The translations under genes were made by a program, and so were the position numbers. From positions 256,001 through 320,000 of the forward strand of contig CAWCPV010000004.1 in assembly GCA_963797555.1 (NCBI GenBank): a DNA stretch of 64,000 nt, in the 5' to 3' direction. This document shows, one piece after another, positions 42,116-54,379 of this stretch; the stretch's first letter is position 1; each line of letters starts with the position of its first letter. This stretch comes from an uncultured Gammaproteobacteria bacterium. Its GTDB lineage: Bacteria > Pseudomonadota > Gammaproteobacteria > CAWCPV01. The notes under the pieces were generated by a model. The model worked only from the letters and a program-made list of their open reading frames with translations, searched no databases and had not been told where the DNA came from.

Positions 42116-42712
42116 TCAGGTCTTTAGCGCTTGCGCCAGCTCGGCGAAGGTGGAGGCAATGGCGCCCGTCTCCACCGGCACCCCGATTTGGCGGCTGATC
42201 TGGGTCGTAGAGAAGATCCCGCGGATAGCCCGGTTCGCGCCCTCGTGGTCGGTCTCCTCCACGAGCGCGTGTTGGCGTCCCACGCGCTTCAGGGTCGCGA
42301 TCACATCGCCTACCGTGGCCTTCCTTACCTCGTCTATGCTGAGGACGTCGACGTGCTCGGCCGGGGTCATGATGTCACGTACCATGACCTCCTCGTAGCC
42401 GACGCCGACGGAGGTCGCGAACTGGGTGGGTTTCTCGCCCTGGATGTCGTGGGCGGTGATGACCCCGATCACGGCGTTCTGAGGAGTTGTCACCAGCAGC
42501 AATCGTACCCCACCGTAAATCATCTTCTCCAGGGCTGTCCTGATCAGCACACCTGGGTCCACGGTGACCGCGGCCACTTGGGTGAGGTCCGTCATTACGT
42601 CCACCGCGGGGCTGTCCAGGGTTACCCGCCCCACCCGCTCCAGCTTGGGACGGAAGTACGTGGTTCCGCGCCGTAGCGGGTGCAATGGCAAGAACCGGTG
42701 TGTTTCGGCCAT
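42116..42712 (-). CDS. CBS-domain protein
   Basis: DVMTD, VRLLLV...GVITAHDI, VRDIMTP and GIFSTTQI tandem CBS pattern. Confidence 0.85.
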   Translation of the reverse strand: MAETHRFLPLHPLRRGTTYFRPKLERVGRVTLDSPAVDVMTDLTQVAAVTVDPGVLIRTALEKMIYGGVRLLLVTTPQNAVIGVITAHDIQGEKPTQFATSVGVGYEEVMVRDIMTPAEHVDVLSIDEVRKATVGDVIATLKRVGRQHALVEETDHEGANRAIRGIFSTTQISRQIGVPVETGAIASTFAELAQALKT

Positions 42713-43458
42713 CCCCTCTCTCCGTCAGTGCCGCCAGCAACCCGCACAAGATACTGTCCGCTTCATCGCGGCACAACCCCGCGCCCACGCCCGACGTTCC
42801 ATCCGCATGCGGCTCGGCGGGGAATGCCGCTTCGGCGGTGCCGTGCAGCGGTCCTGCCGGAAGCGGCGCCGAGAAAGCCCGGACGTTCCGGGCGAGTCGC
42901 GGCGGCTTTGCACCACCCGGCAAGCTGAGAGGAAAAGCTCCTTCCCAGCCCTGGACCTCCCAGACACGGCAGCGCGCACTAGCCCGAGAGGTTGTCGTTG
43001 GCGAAACCCCGGTGCAATGACCCCCGGCATAGATGGTCGCCCTGCGCACGGTGATGGGCGTGCCCGCCATTCTCCACACCGCCGACTGCCAGTCCATGGC
43101 CCTGGAAGACCGCCCCCTAGCGCAGGCGGTTGCCCAACCGCGCGCAGGCCCAGGGTGTGATGCGCCCTCACCTTGTCCGCTCTTGGTCACGACGACCTGT
43201 TTTGCCATGGCTTCCACAGGGAGCCGACCTGCTTGTCCGAACACTCCGTCGCCTGTCTGTCCCGGGGCACCGGACGGCTCCGTCCTGATGACGCCCCATC
43301 CTCCTGATACGAGGGCGCCGTGCCAAGAAGCGGGCTTTCGCTCACCGATGCCCACCACTGGGGGCGTGTGTGGAGTTGGCAGTGCCCTGGAAGGATGCCC
43401 AAGCCAGAGTGCTCCGGAGTTACAGGGACGCTTGCTTAGGCCACAGGAGCGGAGCGTT

Positions 43459-45483
43459 GTCGCGCCGGGATAAGTTCGGTGCGTCTTGCAGGGTGAAAGT
43501 CCCCGTCGGGTAAGGGCTAGCCACCCGCCCGTATCGAGTCTTGCGTCTGTGGCGGAGCCGAGGGAGCGGCGAACAAGACAGGCGAAGCGTAGACAGAGCA
43601 TCCTGTAGGCCGTAGGGGTGACGCGCACCCTGAAGTGCTGGTACAGCTTCGAGATAGCTTGTTGCGGATGCCGAGGGTTTTAACGTGCCCGAAGGCCACA
43701 CGAAGCAGCCGTGTTGGCGAGGCTGTGGAGGTCCGCCGGAGTCCTCAGGCCGCGGCATGCAGGACGAGATGCGTCAGAGAACCCGGGAGGCCCCAACGGC
43801 TCCTACCGGAGGGAAGCATGGGTGTATGGCATACCGTTATTGAGGCACGCAAGGGGAAACCCCGACACAGGGTTAGACGGGAGCCTAAGCGCGTATGTGG
43901 AAGTCCGGTGCAGGCAGGCGGAGGAGTACTGTCAAAGGGAAAGCCCGCCGCATGCCGTTGGGGAGTCTTATCAGGCGTAGTACTCTGAGCATGGGAGAGC
44001 CATGTACCTGGGGAAGGACCTGACGGAAGTACGTAGCCTGCACAGGCCCCTCGTGCCGGACGGAGTCGGGCCGGGTCCACACGAGCCAACCTTCTTGCGG
44101 GCGATAGCCACCAAGGCGCAAGCCTGTCAGCAACATCGGTTTCAGGACCTCTGCCGGTGCCTGGACGCCGAGTTCCTGCGGCACTGCTGGGGCGACCTCA
44201 ACCAGGATGCGGCCAGTGGGGTGGACGGGGTGACGGCGGCCGAGTATGCGCAGGACCTGCATGCCAATATCCAGGCCCTGGCGGAGCGACTGAAGACCAA
44301 ACGCTACCGTGCCCAGCGGGTACGGCGTGTCTATATTCCCAAGGAGAACGGAACTGAAAGGCCGTTAGGCATCCCGGCGCTGGAGGATAAGCTGGTACAG
44401 CTCGCCTGTGCCAAGCTGCTCGTCGCCATCTACGAGCAAGACTTCCTCGCATGCAGCTATGGGTACCGACCAGAACGTGGCGCATTGGATGCGGTGCGAG
44501 AGTTGACCTTTGACCTGCAGTACGGGGTCTATGGCTATGTGGTAGAAGCCGACGTTAAAGGTTTCTTCGATAATCTCGACCACGACTGGCTGTTGGAGAT
44601 GCTGCGGTTGCGCATCGACGACCGGGCCTTTTTGGGACTGATTCGTCAATGGCTGAAGGCCGGTATTCTGGAGACCGACGGAGTGGTCATGCATCCCGAG
44701 ACCGGCACGCCGCAGGGCGGCATTGTCTCGCCGGTGCTGGCGAACGTGTACCTGCACCATGTGCTGGACCTGTGGTTCGAGCGGGTGGTCAAGCCCTATT
44801 GTCGTGGCGAGGCGCTGCTGTGCCGTTATGCCGATGATTGGGTGTGCGCCTTCCGCTACCGCGGCGATGCCGAGCGGTTCTACCGGGTGCTGCCGAAGCG
44901 GCTGGCGAAATTCGGCCTGCAAGTGGCGCCCGAAAAGACCCGTTGCCTGCGCTTCAGCCGCTTTCACCCGAGCAGGAAGCGGCGCTTCACCTTCTTGGGC
45001 TTCGAGTTCTACTGGATGCCCGACCGACAAGGTGTCAAGCGGGTGAAACGGCGCACTGCCCGCAAGAAGTTGCAGGCGGCGTGCCGTCGGATCAAGACAT
45101 GGATCAGGGACCACCGGCATCTGCCGGGGCGTGAGTTCTTCGCCGGCCTGAACCGCAGGCTGCGGGGGCATTACCACTACTACGGCGTTCGGGGCAACTT
45201 CGGCTGCGCTTTACCGCTTCTTTGACTGGGCCATCCGCTGTACGTTCAAGTGGCTCAACCGACGCGGCGGCAAGCGGCGCAGCTTCAACTGGGCGACCTT
45301 CGTCCAAGCCCTTGAGCGCGTGCAGGTAGAGCGCCCCCGCATCACCGAGGTCCGTCGGCGGAGGGTGTTCGCTTGAAGGCTGCACCTTGCGCGAAAGCGA
45401 GTACAACCGAGGAACCCGGTGCGGAAAAACTGCACGCCGGGGTCTGTGCGGGGGGCGTCGGGTAACCGGCGTCCCTACCGCGG
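43459..45483 (+). mobile_element. Group II intron (RT/maturase, no endonuclease domain; boundaries approximate)
   Basis: 5' ribozyme motifs (GGGTGAAAGTCCC, CGAAGCGTAGACAG), RT ORF, domain V at ~45412-45444 and domain VI at ~45448-45482 with a bulged A. Confidence 0.92.
44002..45376 (+). CDS. ltrA: Group II intron reverse transcriptase/maturase (apparent +1 frameshift near 45205)
   Basis: ASGVDG, IPK.NG..RPLGIP, SYGYRP, GTPQGG, RYADD and FLGF; domain X continues in the next frame (KWLNRRG...SFNW). Confidence 0.93.
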
Positions 45484-45812
45484 AGGATGCGCCGGGTGGA
45501 GAGTATCGGAGCCCCCATCGAACGTCATTCTCGGCGTCGCACCCAAGCGGGAACTGATCGTCGAGCGCGGCCCGCACCGGGTTCCGGCGAGTCGCAAGGC
45601 TTTCTGGGCAGGTGTGCTAGGATCCGTGCCGCGGTGGGCGGAGTGACTGGCCGAGCGCGAGGGAATCACCCTGGAACAGGCCCAGCAATGTGCCGCCCAG
45701 ATGCGGGAGGACCTGGGCGAGCTTCGCGTCTCAGCTTTTCGGCACGCGGCGACCGCCTCGTAAGGTGCCGCGAGGGTCATTGCACGAGCAGCCACGCCTT
45801 ACGGAGCATCTA

Positions 45813-46442
45813 ATGGACGTTGCCCATACCATCGCTCTGACTCTCGGAGTCGGCTGGGCCAGCGGGATCAATCTGTATGCCGCGATGCTCACGCTTGGCC
45901 TTCTCGGCGCGACCGGGAGCATCCACCTGCCACCCGGATTGGACATCCTTTCGAACCCGCTGGTATTGGGGCCGGCGGGGCTGATGTACGTGATCGAGTT
46001 CTTCATGGACAAGGTGCCGGGGGTGGATACGGCGTGGGACACCCTCCACACGTTTATCCGCATCCCCGCCGGCGCCATACTCGCAGCGGGTGCGGTGGGG
46101 CATGTGGGCACGGCAGCCGAATTGGCCGCCGCGATCGTCGGCGGCTCGCTGGCAGCGGGGAGTCACGCCGCCAAGGCCGGCAGCCGAGTGCTCATCAATA
46201 CGTCTCCCGAGCCATTCAGCAACTGGGTGGCCTCCATCGGAGAGGACGTGGCGGTGATCGGCGGCCTTTGGGCCGCCCTCAAGCACCCGTGGGTCTTCGT
46301 GGCCCTCCTTGGGCTATTCATCCTGTTGATGGCCTGGTTGCTGCCAAAGATCTGGAGAGGAACGCGCCGGGTGTTCTCCGGGCTCGCCCGCGTGTTCGGC
46401 AGCGGGAGAGGAGAGCAGCCTCGGGACCCCAAGGGGCAGTGA
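45813..46442 (+). CDS. DUF4126 membrane protein
   Basis: WASGINLYA, EFF.DKVPGVD..WD, TFIRIPAGA and NTSPEPFSN...S..ED. Confidence 0.88.
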   Translation: MDVAHTIALTLGVGWASGINLYAAMLTLGLLGATGSIHLPPGLDILSNPLVLGPAGLMYVIEFFMDKVPGVDTAWDTLHTFIRIPAGAILAAGAVGHVGTAAELAAAIVGGSLAAGSHAAKAGSRVLINTSPEPFSNWVASIGEDVAVIGGLWAALKHPWVFVALLGLFILLMAWLLPKIWRGTRRVFSGLARVFGSGRGEQPRDPKGQ

Positions 46443-46492
46443 CGGGGCTAATGTCAGGGCCGACCGCTGGCGTCCCGGCCAGCCCGTTTCGA

Positions 46493-47095
46493 CTACTGGG
46501 TGGCAGGGGTAGCGGAGGGGTCAGGCACGTCGCCGCGCGTCTTGGTGTGTGGATGGGCAATGCCTGCGCCCGAACCGCGTTCCGGCTTGGCCGGGGCCTG
46601 GTTAGAGGTCTTGGTGTCCCGACCGGCAACGGCAGACCCTCCGCCGGGAGTTGCGGCAGGCGGTTCCTGCAAGGGCTTGGGGTTGCCCAAGGATGCCCGG
46701 ATCTCCTTGCCGTCCTTCTCCAGAAGGACCTGTTTCTGGTCGATGTGCTTTATGCGATAACCCTCCAGCGTGGAGCCTTCCTTCAAAGTCAGCGCCTTTC
46801 CGCCGCGCCCCGTGGCATCGACGACGATGATCTGCACTAGCCTCACGTTCGGAGCGACGATAATTCCGGCAATGCGAAACGGCGGCTCGTCGGCGTTCCG
46901 GCGTGGCGAGCCCGGCACAATTTGGTGGCCCGCCACACCGGCCGCGCCCCTTGAAGGTGTCCCTGCCAGAGCCCTCGAGCAGGCGACGGAAAGGACCAGA
47001 GCCACCGCCAAAGAGCGGCCTCGCTTCCGTGCCGGCAAGGCGAGACAGGGAAACGCCGTCCACCTCCCACGGTCGGTGAGCGCCGGGGCCAGCAT
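46493..47095 (-). CDS. Hypothetical exported protein with GspC/PilP-like beta domain (start uncertain)
   Basis: Hydrophobic segment followed by FRIAGII...LKEG..LEGYRIKHI....VLLEKDG. Confidence 0.55.
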   Translation of the reverse strand: MLAPALTDRGRWTAFPCLALPARKRGRSLAVALVLSVACSRALAGTPSRGAAGVAGHQIVPGSPRRNADEPPFRIAGIIVAPNVRLVQIIVVDATGRGGKALTLKEGSTLEGYRIKHIDQKQVLLEKDGKEIRASLGNPKPLQEPPAATPGGGSAVAGRDTKTSNQAPAKPERGSGAGIAHPHTKTRGDVPDPSATPATQ

Positions 47096-47154
47096 GGATG
47101 CGCGCTTCCGGATCCTGAATCCTCTTGGTGGGCTTTCGCGCCAGGTGTGTCGTT

Positions 47155-47547
47155 TCACGCCAGTGGGCGAAGATGTCGGGCGCGGGGCGCGACCCCGACG
47201 GCGCTGCACGAACGCTCCAACTCCGCTAACAGCCGTTTCGCCTTGCGCAACCACGAGCAGGTATCGCAGCGACAGCTCCCCCGGTTGTGGCCCGGTTCAG
47301 CGGGGCGAATATGGAGCAGCTCGACAGCGAAATCCAGAGAGCCCCGCAGTTGCTCGATCGACTTGGCCTGCAGCGCTGAGCACTCGTCGTTCATGCATAG
47401 CCAGCGGCATTCCGGGCCGTAGTAGCATCCATCGCAACGGGAGTCAGTCGAGCAGTATTGCCCCGCGTGGCGGCACTGCTGCAACTCGATGGTGTCCCGC
47501 ACGACTTCTCTGGCATAGACCAACGTGGCGACGATTCTTGCTTTCAT
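47155..47547 (-). CDS. Cys/His-rich hypothetical protein
   Basis: CRH, CDGC...ECRWL and HN...CRCDTCSWL clusters. Confidence 0.65.
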   Translation of the reverse strand: MKARIVATLVYAREVVRDTIELQQCRHAGQYCSTDSRCDGCYYGPECRWLCMNDECSALQAKSIEQLRGSLDFAVELLHIRPAEPGHNRGSCRCDTCSWLRKAKRLLAELERSCSAVGVAPRARHLRPLA

Positions 47548-47887
47548 GGCAGTCCCCCGGGGCCGCAAGGGCCGAAGTCACGGCACCTATCATGATGAGG
47601 GCTCGATACGCTCATCCAGCCTGATAGAAGTATGGCATGGCTGCGGCACCAGCGAGAACCACTTTTGGTCGCTGGTGCGCCCTCAGAACTCGCGTCTGGG
47701 CAGACTCCTGCCGGGAACCAAAGACCCGGCCAGGGGGTCAACTATTCCGAGTCTGCAGGTCACTGCAAGGGAGATAAGTGATGGACCGGGCCGTGGTGCC
47801 CGTATCTCGCAGTGCCCTCGCCTGCGGCGGAGAGGATCTCCGACCGGCGCAAAGACGGCGTAAAGACGTAGAACGTGGAGAACGGCC

Positions 47888-48214
47888 ATGAACGCCTCCG
47901 AGTTTCAAGAGTTTCTCGAAGGGATGTCCGACAGGGATCTCCTGCGTTATGCCAGGGAGTATACCCGGCGCTCCATTGCAGAGTCGGACGATCCCCGTTC
48001 AGAGATCCACTCGATGCTGGATCTGGTGTTCGGAGAGTGCCTGCTGCGTGGCAGGGAATGGCTATATGACAAAGCGCGCGAGCACGTATTGCGGGAGAGC
48101 GGCGCCTCCGCGGAGGCCCATCCGCCGCGCCGCCGCGCGCGGCCGCGCGATTGGATTCCAGCGGAGCCAATCGACGACGAGGAGCCCCACGACCTCTATC
48201 TGGAGATCGACTGA
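47888..48214 (+). CDS. Hypothetical protein, probably co-transcribed with ftsH
   Basis: GGAGA RBS, helical acidic sequence and a 12-bp gap to ftsH. Confidence 0.65.
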   Translation: MNASEFQEFLEGMSDRDLLRYAREYTRRSIAESDDPRSEIHSMLDLVFGECLLRGREWLYDKAREHVLRESGASAEAHPPRRRARPRDWIPAEPIDDEEPHDLYLEID

Positions 48215-48226
48215 CCCGAGGACGTT

Positions 48227-50149
<1,923 letters not shown>

Positions 50150-50343
50150 CCACGGTGCCGCCCACGCGCGCGGCGAGCCGCCCCGGTGTCACGGGACAGA
50201 GGAGAAGTGGCGCGATGCGGTGCGGAGAACCCCCGTGTTCGCGGTGAGCCGCCCTGCTGGCGCTATGAACCTCGGGCCTGCTGCGGCGCGCCGCGCAGTC
50301 ACGCATTCATCATCGCCGGCGTAGCCACCTCTAGCCACGGCAC

Positions 50344-50750
50344 GTGCCAGATCTAGGCAACACGGCGGGCGCGCGGCGGACCGTCGCCTTCCACCGCAGC
50401 GCCCAGGGCGTCCCTCTGGCCGAGGCAGCGTCGTGGGCAGACGCGCTGTACGGGCTGGGGTGGCTGCACGGTCGGGATCGGGGCGCTCAGGTCTGCCTGG
50501 CGCGAATCGTTGCACAGGGGCGGCTCTGCGAGCTACTGCGGGACGAGGCCGAGACCCTGGCCGCGGATCTCTATTTCCGCAGGCTGGCGCTCGCGCGCGA
50601 TGCCCGCGATCACATCCAACGCCTCCCCTCGGCCTCCCTCACTCTGCTCGATGCTTACTGTCAGGGGTTGACCGACGCACTGCAGGCCCATCGGCCCTGG
50701 CCCCTGAGGCTCGCTGGGTATCAGCCGGAGCCATTTTTGCCGTCCGACGG
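50344..50750 (+). pseudogene. Penicillin acylase (Ntn hydrolase) family N-terminal fragment
   Basis: GVP...A....A.YGLGW.HGRDR, GRL.ELL and L.AY..G; no beta-subunit SN motif follows. Confidence 0.75.
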
Positions 50751-50795
50751 GCGGAAAGCGGGGATCCTCGCGGACGCGCGCTTGCCTCGCAGCCG

Positions 50796-52037
50796 ATGCG
50801 CATCTATCTAGTCGGCGGAGCCGTCCGCGACAAGCTGCTGGGTCGCCCGGTCGAGGAACGGGACTGGGTGGTCGTGGGGGCCACATACGAGATCATGGAG
50901 GTTCGGGGTTTCCGCCAAGTCGGCAAGGACTTCCCGGTATTCCTGCATCCAGAGACCCACGAGGAGTACGCGCTCGCCCGCACCGAGCGCAAGGCGGGTA
51001 GGGGCTACACCGGCTTCACCGTTCACGCCTCGCCCGACGTTACCCTGGAGCAGGACCTCGAGCGGCGTGACTTGACCATTAACGCCATGGCGCAGGCCGA
51101 AGACGGGGCCATCATCGACCCGTTCCGCGGCCGGGAAGATCTCGCCCGCGGCGTCCTGCGGCATGTGTCTTGCGCCTTCGTCGAGGACCCCCTGCGCCTC
51201 CTGCGGGTCGCCCGCTTCGCGGCCCGCTTCGGGTTCCACGTGGCTCCCGAGACGAACGAGCTGATGGGCGAGATGGTACGTTGCGGGGAAATAGACTACC
51301 TGGTCCCGGAACGAGTGTGGAAGGAGCTGGAGCGCGCCCTCGGCGAGCCGCGCCCCAGCCGGTTCTTTCAGGTTCTGCGGGGTTGCGGCGCCCTCGCCCG
51401 GCTGTTCCCCGAGATCGACCGGTTGTTTGGGGTGCCGCAGCCGCGCCAGCACCACCCGGAGATCGACGTGGGCGTGCACACGCTGCTGGTGCTGGAACAA
51501 GCGGCTCGGCTCACCGACGATCGGACCACCCGCTTCTCGGCCCTGACCCATGACCTGGGTAAAGGGCTCACGCCGCCCGAGGAGTGGCCGAGGCACCTGG
51601 GGCATGAAGAACGGGGGATCGGCCTCGTTCGCGAGTTGTGCGGCCGGCTGCGCGCCCCGAACCAGTACCGAGCGCTGGCCGAGCTGGTGGCCAGATACCA
51701 TGGCGACTGCCACCGCGCGACGGAGTTGCGACCCGCAACGCTGCTGAATATCCTCACGGCGCTCGATGCCCTGCGCCGCCCGGGCCGGCTGGCGGCTTTC
51801 TTGGCGGCATGTCAGGCGGACTCCCAAGGCAGACCGGGTTACGAGGAGGGACCTTACCCGCAGGCGGACATCTTCAGACGCGCGTTGAAGGCCGTGCGAT
51901 CGGTGAGCGCCCGGCCGCTTCAGGAGGGCGGACTAACGGGGGCGGCCTTGGGAGAGGCACTGCACCGCCAGCACGTCGAGGCCATCGGGCGCGCCCTGTC
52001 CGTCCGCGACGGCCGAACTCCCCCTGAGCGTCTGTGA
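50796..52037 (+). CDS. cca: Multifunctional CCA tRNA nucleotidyltransferase (HD domain)
   Basis: [24 protein letters not shown] and HDLGKG. Confidence 0.97.
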   Translation: MRIYLVGGAVRDKLLGRPVEERDWVVVGATYEIMEVRGFRQVGKDFPVFLHPETHEEYALARTERKAGRGYTGFTVHASPDVTLEQDLERRDLTINAMAQAEDGAIIDPFRGREDLARGVLRHVSCAFVEDPLRLLRVARFAARFGFHVAPETNELMGEMVRCGEIDYLVPERVWKELERALGEPRPSRFFQVLRGCGALARLFPEIDRLFGVPQPRQHHPEIDVGVHTLLVLEQAARLTDDRTTRFSALTHDLGKGLTPPEEWPRHLGHEERGIGLVRELCGRLRAPNQYRALAELVARYHGDCHRATELRPATLLNILTALDALRRPGRLAAFLAACQADSQGRPGYEEGPYPQADIFRRALKAVRSVSARPLQEGGLTGAALGEALHRQHVEAIGRALSVRDGRTPPERL

Positions 52038-52283
52038 AAAACCCCCGCTCCGTCGGTAAGATTCGATGTGGGCGAGACATATACAGTTGATAGGCGAGGA
52101 GCGACCGAATGGCAGGATAGGCATTCGGCACGTCCGCGGGACGCCCCAAAGGGGTGGCGCACAGGGAAGTACGCCATGAAAAACCGCGCAAAGCTGCCAG
52201 GGGCACGCGCAACGCTTCGTGGGCCTTGCGCTCGGGCCGCGCGCGACGATTCTCTCACAAAACTTTGAGCTTGAGGGTCTTTC

Positions 52284-53504
52284 TCAGGGCATCGTTTCGG
52301 AGAGTCCCAGACGGTGGCTACGATCCCGGTCGAACCCCACCCGCGGCCGCGCTATTCCCCGCGTCAGCGCCATGACCTTGAACAGTTCCCCCATCTCGCT
52401 CGGCATGACGAGCCGCTTGACCTGCTGGGCAACCTCCATCTGTGCGTGCGCATCTTTTCCGGCCGCAGTCTCGGCGAACTCCGCCAGCCCAGTCGCGAGC
52501 AGGAAATCCGCCTGCGTCGTGTAGCCAGCGAGAGTCAGCCCGGCCTCGATCCCCGCCTCTGCCAGGCCGGTGAAGTCCAGGTGGGCGGTAATGTCCTGCA
52601 GACCCGGGAGAACCCGTGGATCTCCGTGGGCGCGGTGCCGATAGTGGCACATGAGGGTGCCTTGGCTCCTCTGCGGGTGGTAGTACTCCGGGCGCGGAAA
52701 ACCGTAGTCGATGACGAGCAGGGTGCCCCTCTCCAGGATCTCAGCCATGGAGCGGACCCAGGGGCCCATCGTGAGGTTGATCTCAGTGTCGTACTCGGCC
52801 GGCAGGTCCACCACCGCCCTCAGCCGCGCCACGGCCTCCTCGACCGGCGCGGACGCGGGCCGCAGCCTCCAGACGAAGGCCGAGCCCTCCCAGGCTATGT
52901 GGTACTCCATGACCTCGTTGGCAGCGATGCGGACCCGGTGCACCGGCAGGGCGTCGAGTACCTCGTTGGCCAGCATCACGCCTTGGAATGGTATCTCGGG
53001 CAACCGGTCGAGCCATCGAACGCGCTCGGCGAGACCGGGAATGCGCTGACGGATCAGGCGCTGCTGGCGCTCGCGCAGGTCAGCGCTCACCTCGAGGATC
53101 AGGTATCGCTCGGGAATGCAGTTGTGGAAGGCCAGGTCCTCCAGCAGCCCAGCGGCGAGCCGCCCAGTGCCCGCCCCCAGTTCCAGCAGGTCCCCCCCGC
53201 CGAGCCCCTCCAGCACCTCTCGGCACTGGCGGGCGACGCAGCGAGCGAACAACGGGGAAATTTCGGGAGCGGTGACGAAGTCACCGTCGGGGCCGAGCTT
53301 GGCCGTTCCGGCGCTGTAGTAGCCCAGCCCCGGGGCGTAGAGCGCGAGCTGCATATAGCGGGCGAACGGGATGCTCCGACCGCCGCGCGCGATCTCGTCG
53401 CGGATGAGGCGAGCAAGCTGCGCGCTGTGATCCCTTGCGGCGCCATCAGGCTCGGGCAGGCCGGCGGAGGCGGCACCTGGGTCACTGCGAGGCAGAGTCG
53501 TCAC
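52284..53504 (-). CDS. MidA/NDUFAF7-family SAM-dependent methyltransferase
   Basis: GYYS, GDFVTAPEIS, ELGAGTG, ANEVLDALP, DYG and QDITAH. Confidence 0.9.
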   Translation of the reverse strand: MTTLPRSDPGAASAGLPEPDGAARDHSAQLARLIRDEIARGGRSIPFARYMQLALYAPGLGYYSAGTAKLGPDGDFVTAPEISPLFARCVARQCREVLEGLGGGDLLELGAGTGRLAAGLLEDLAFHNCIPERYLILEVSADLRERQQRLIRQRIPGLAERVRWLDRLPEIPFQGVMLANEVLDALPVHRVRIAANEVMEYHIAWEGSAFVWRLRPASAPVEEAVARLRAVVDLPAEYDTEINLTMGPWVRSMAEILERGTLLVIDYGFPRPEYYHPQRSQGTLMCHYRHRAHGDPRVLPGLQDITAHLDFTGLAEAGIEAGLTLAGYTTQADFLLATGLAEFAETAAGKDAHAQMEVAQQVKRLVMPSEMGELFKVMALTRGIARPRVGFDRDRSHRLGLSETMP

Positions 53505-53608
53505 CGCTGCGCAAAACTGATTTAATAGCCCCAAGGTGGCGGACGCCCAATGGCACCGCCCCAAGCAGGCACTTCGGACGGTTGGGGCCACAGTCTTGGA
53601 GGCGCAGC

Positions 53609-54359
53609 GTGGAGAATCGTTCCCGTCTGTCCGGCAAGGTCGTCCTCATCACCGGGGGAGCGCGCCGCGTGGGCGCAGTCGTCGCCCGCGCCCTGCACGG
53701 TGCCGGCATGAACCTGGTAGTGCACTACCGCTCTTCGGAGGGCGAAGCGCGCGCCCTGCAGGACGAACTCCAGTCCGGGCGACCTGCCTCGGTAGCCGTA
53801 ATACGGGCAGACCTCCTGGAGACGTCTCCGCCTCTCGGCTTTTGTCCAGGAAGCGGCCGCGACGTGGGGTCGCCTCGACGCCCTGATCAACAACGCGTCC
53901 AGCTTCTATCCGACGCCCGTCGGAACCGCCACGCAAACCCAGTGGGACGAGCTGCTGGGCTCCAACCTCAAGGCCCCCTTTTTTCTGTGCCAGGCCGCCG
54001 CCCCCTATCTGGAGCAGACCTCGGGCTGCATCGTCAACATGACCGACATTTACGCAGAGCGACCGCTCAAGGCATACCCCATCTACAGCGTGGCCAAGGC
54101 AGGTCTCGTCATGCTGACCAAAGCGCTGGCTCGGGAGCTGGCGCCGGCCGTGCGCGTCAACGCCGTGGCGCCGGGCGCAATCCTCTGGCCGGATGACATG
54201 GACGACGTCATGCGCAAGCACATCCTCTCCCGCATTGCCCTGAAGCGGGAGGGGCGTCCCGAGGACATCGCGCGCGCCGTGTTGTTCTTGGTGCGCGACG
54301 GCGACTACGTCACCGGCCAAGTGATCGCCGTGGACGGGGGTCGCTCCATATACGCGTGA
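53609..54359 (+). CDS. Pteridine reductase (FolM-like SDR; apparent +1 frameshift near 53830)
   Basis: TGGARRVG and HYRSS; the next frame carries LINNASSF, YSVAK and VNAVAPG. Confidence 0.88.
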
Positions 54360-54379
54360 GAGTCCCCCGCCTCTGCTCC

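Noticed and set aside
42375-43628. 417-aa minus-strand ORF
   Set aside because: It runs antisense through intron RNA, intergenic DNA and the CBS gene in another frame, with no coherent protein signal.
44002-45376. RT as a retron, DGR or defence-associated RT
   Set aside because: It has a maturase domain X and flanking ribozyme domains V/VI; no TR/VR pair, msr-msd or effector gene is visible.
45490-45765. Possible host-gene remnant downstream of the intron (…RWAE*LAEREGITLEQAQQ…)
   Set aside because: It is short, contains a stop and cannot be assigned to a family or joined convincingly to the upstream flank.
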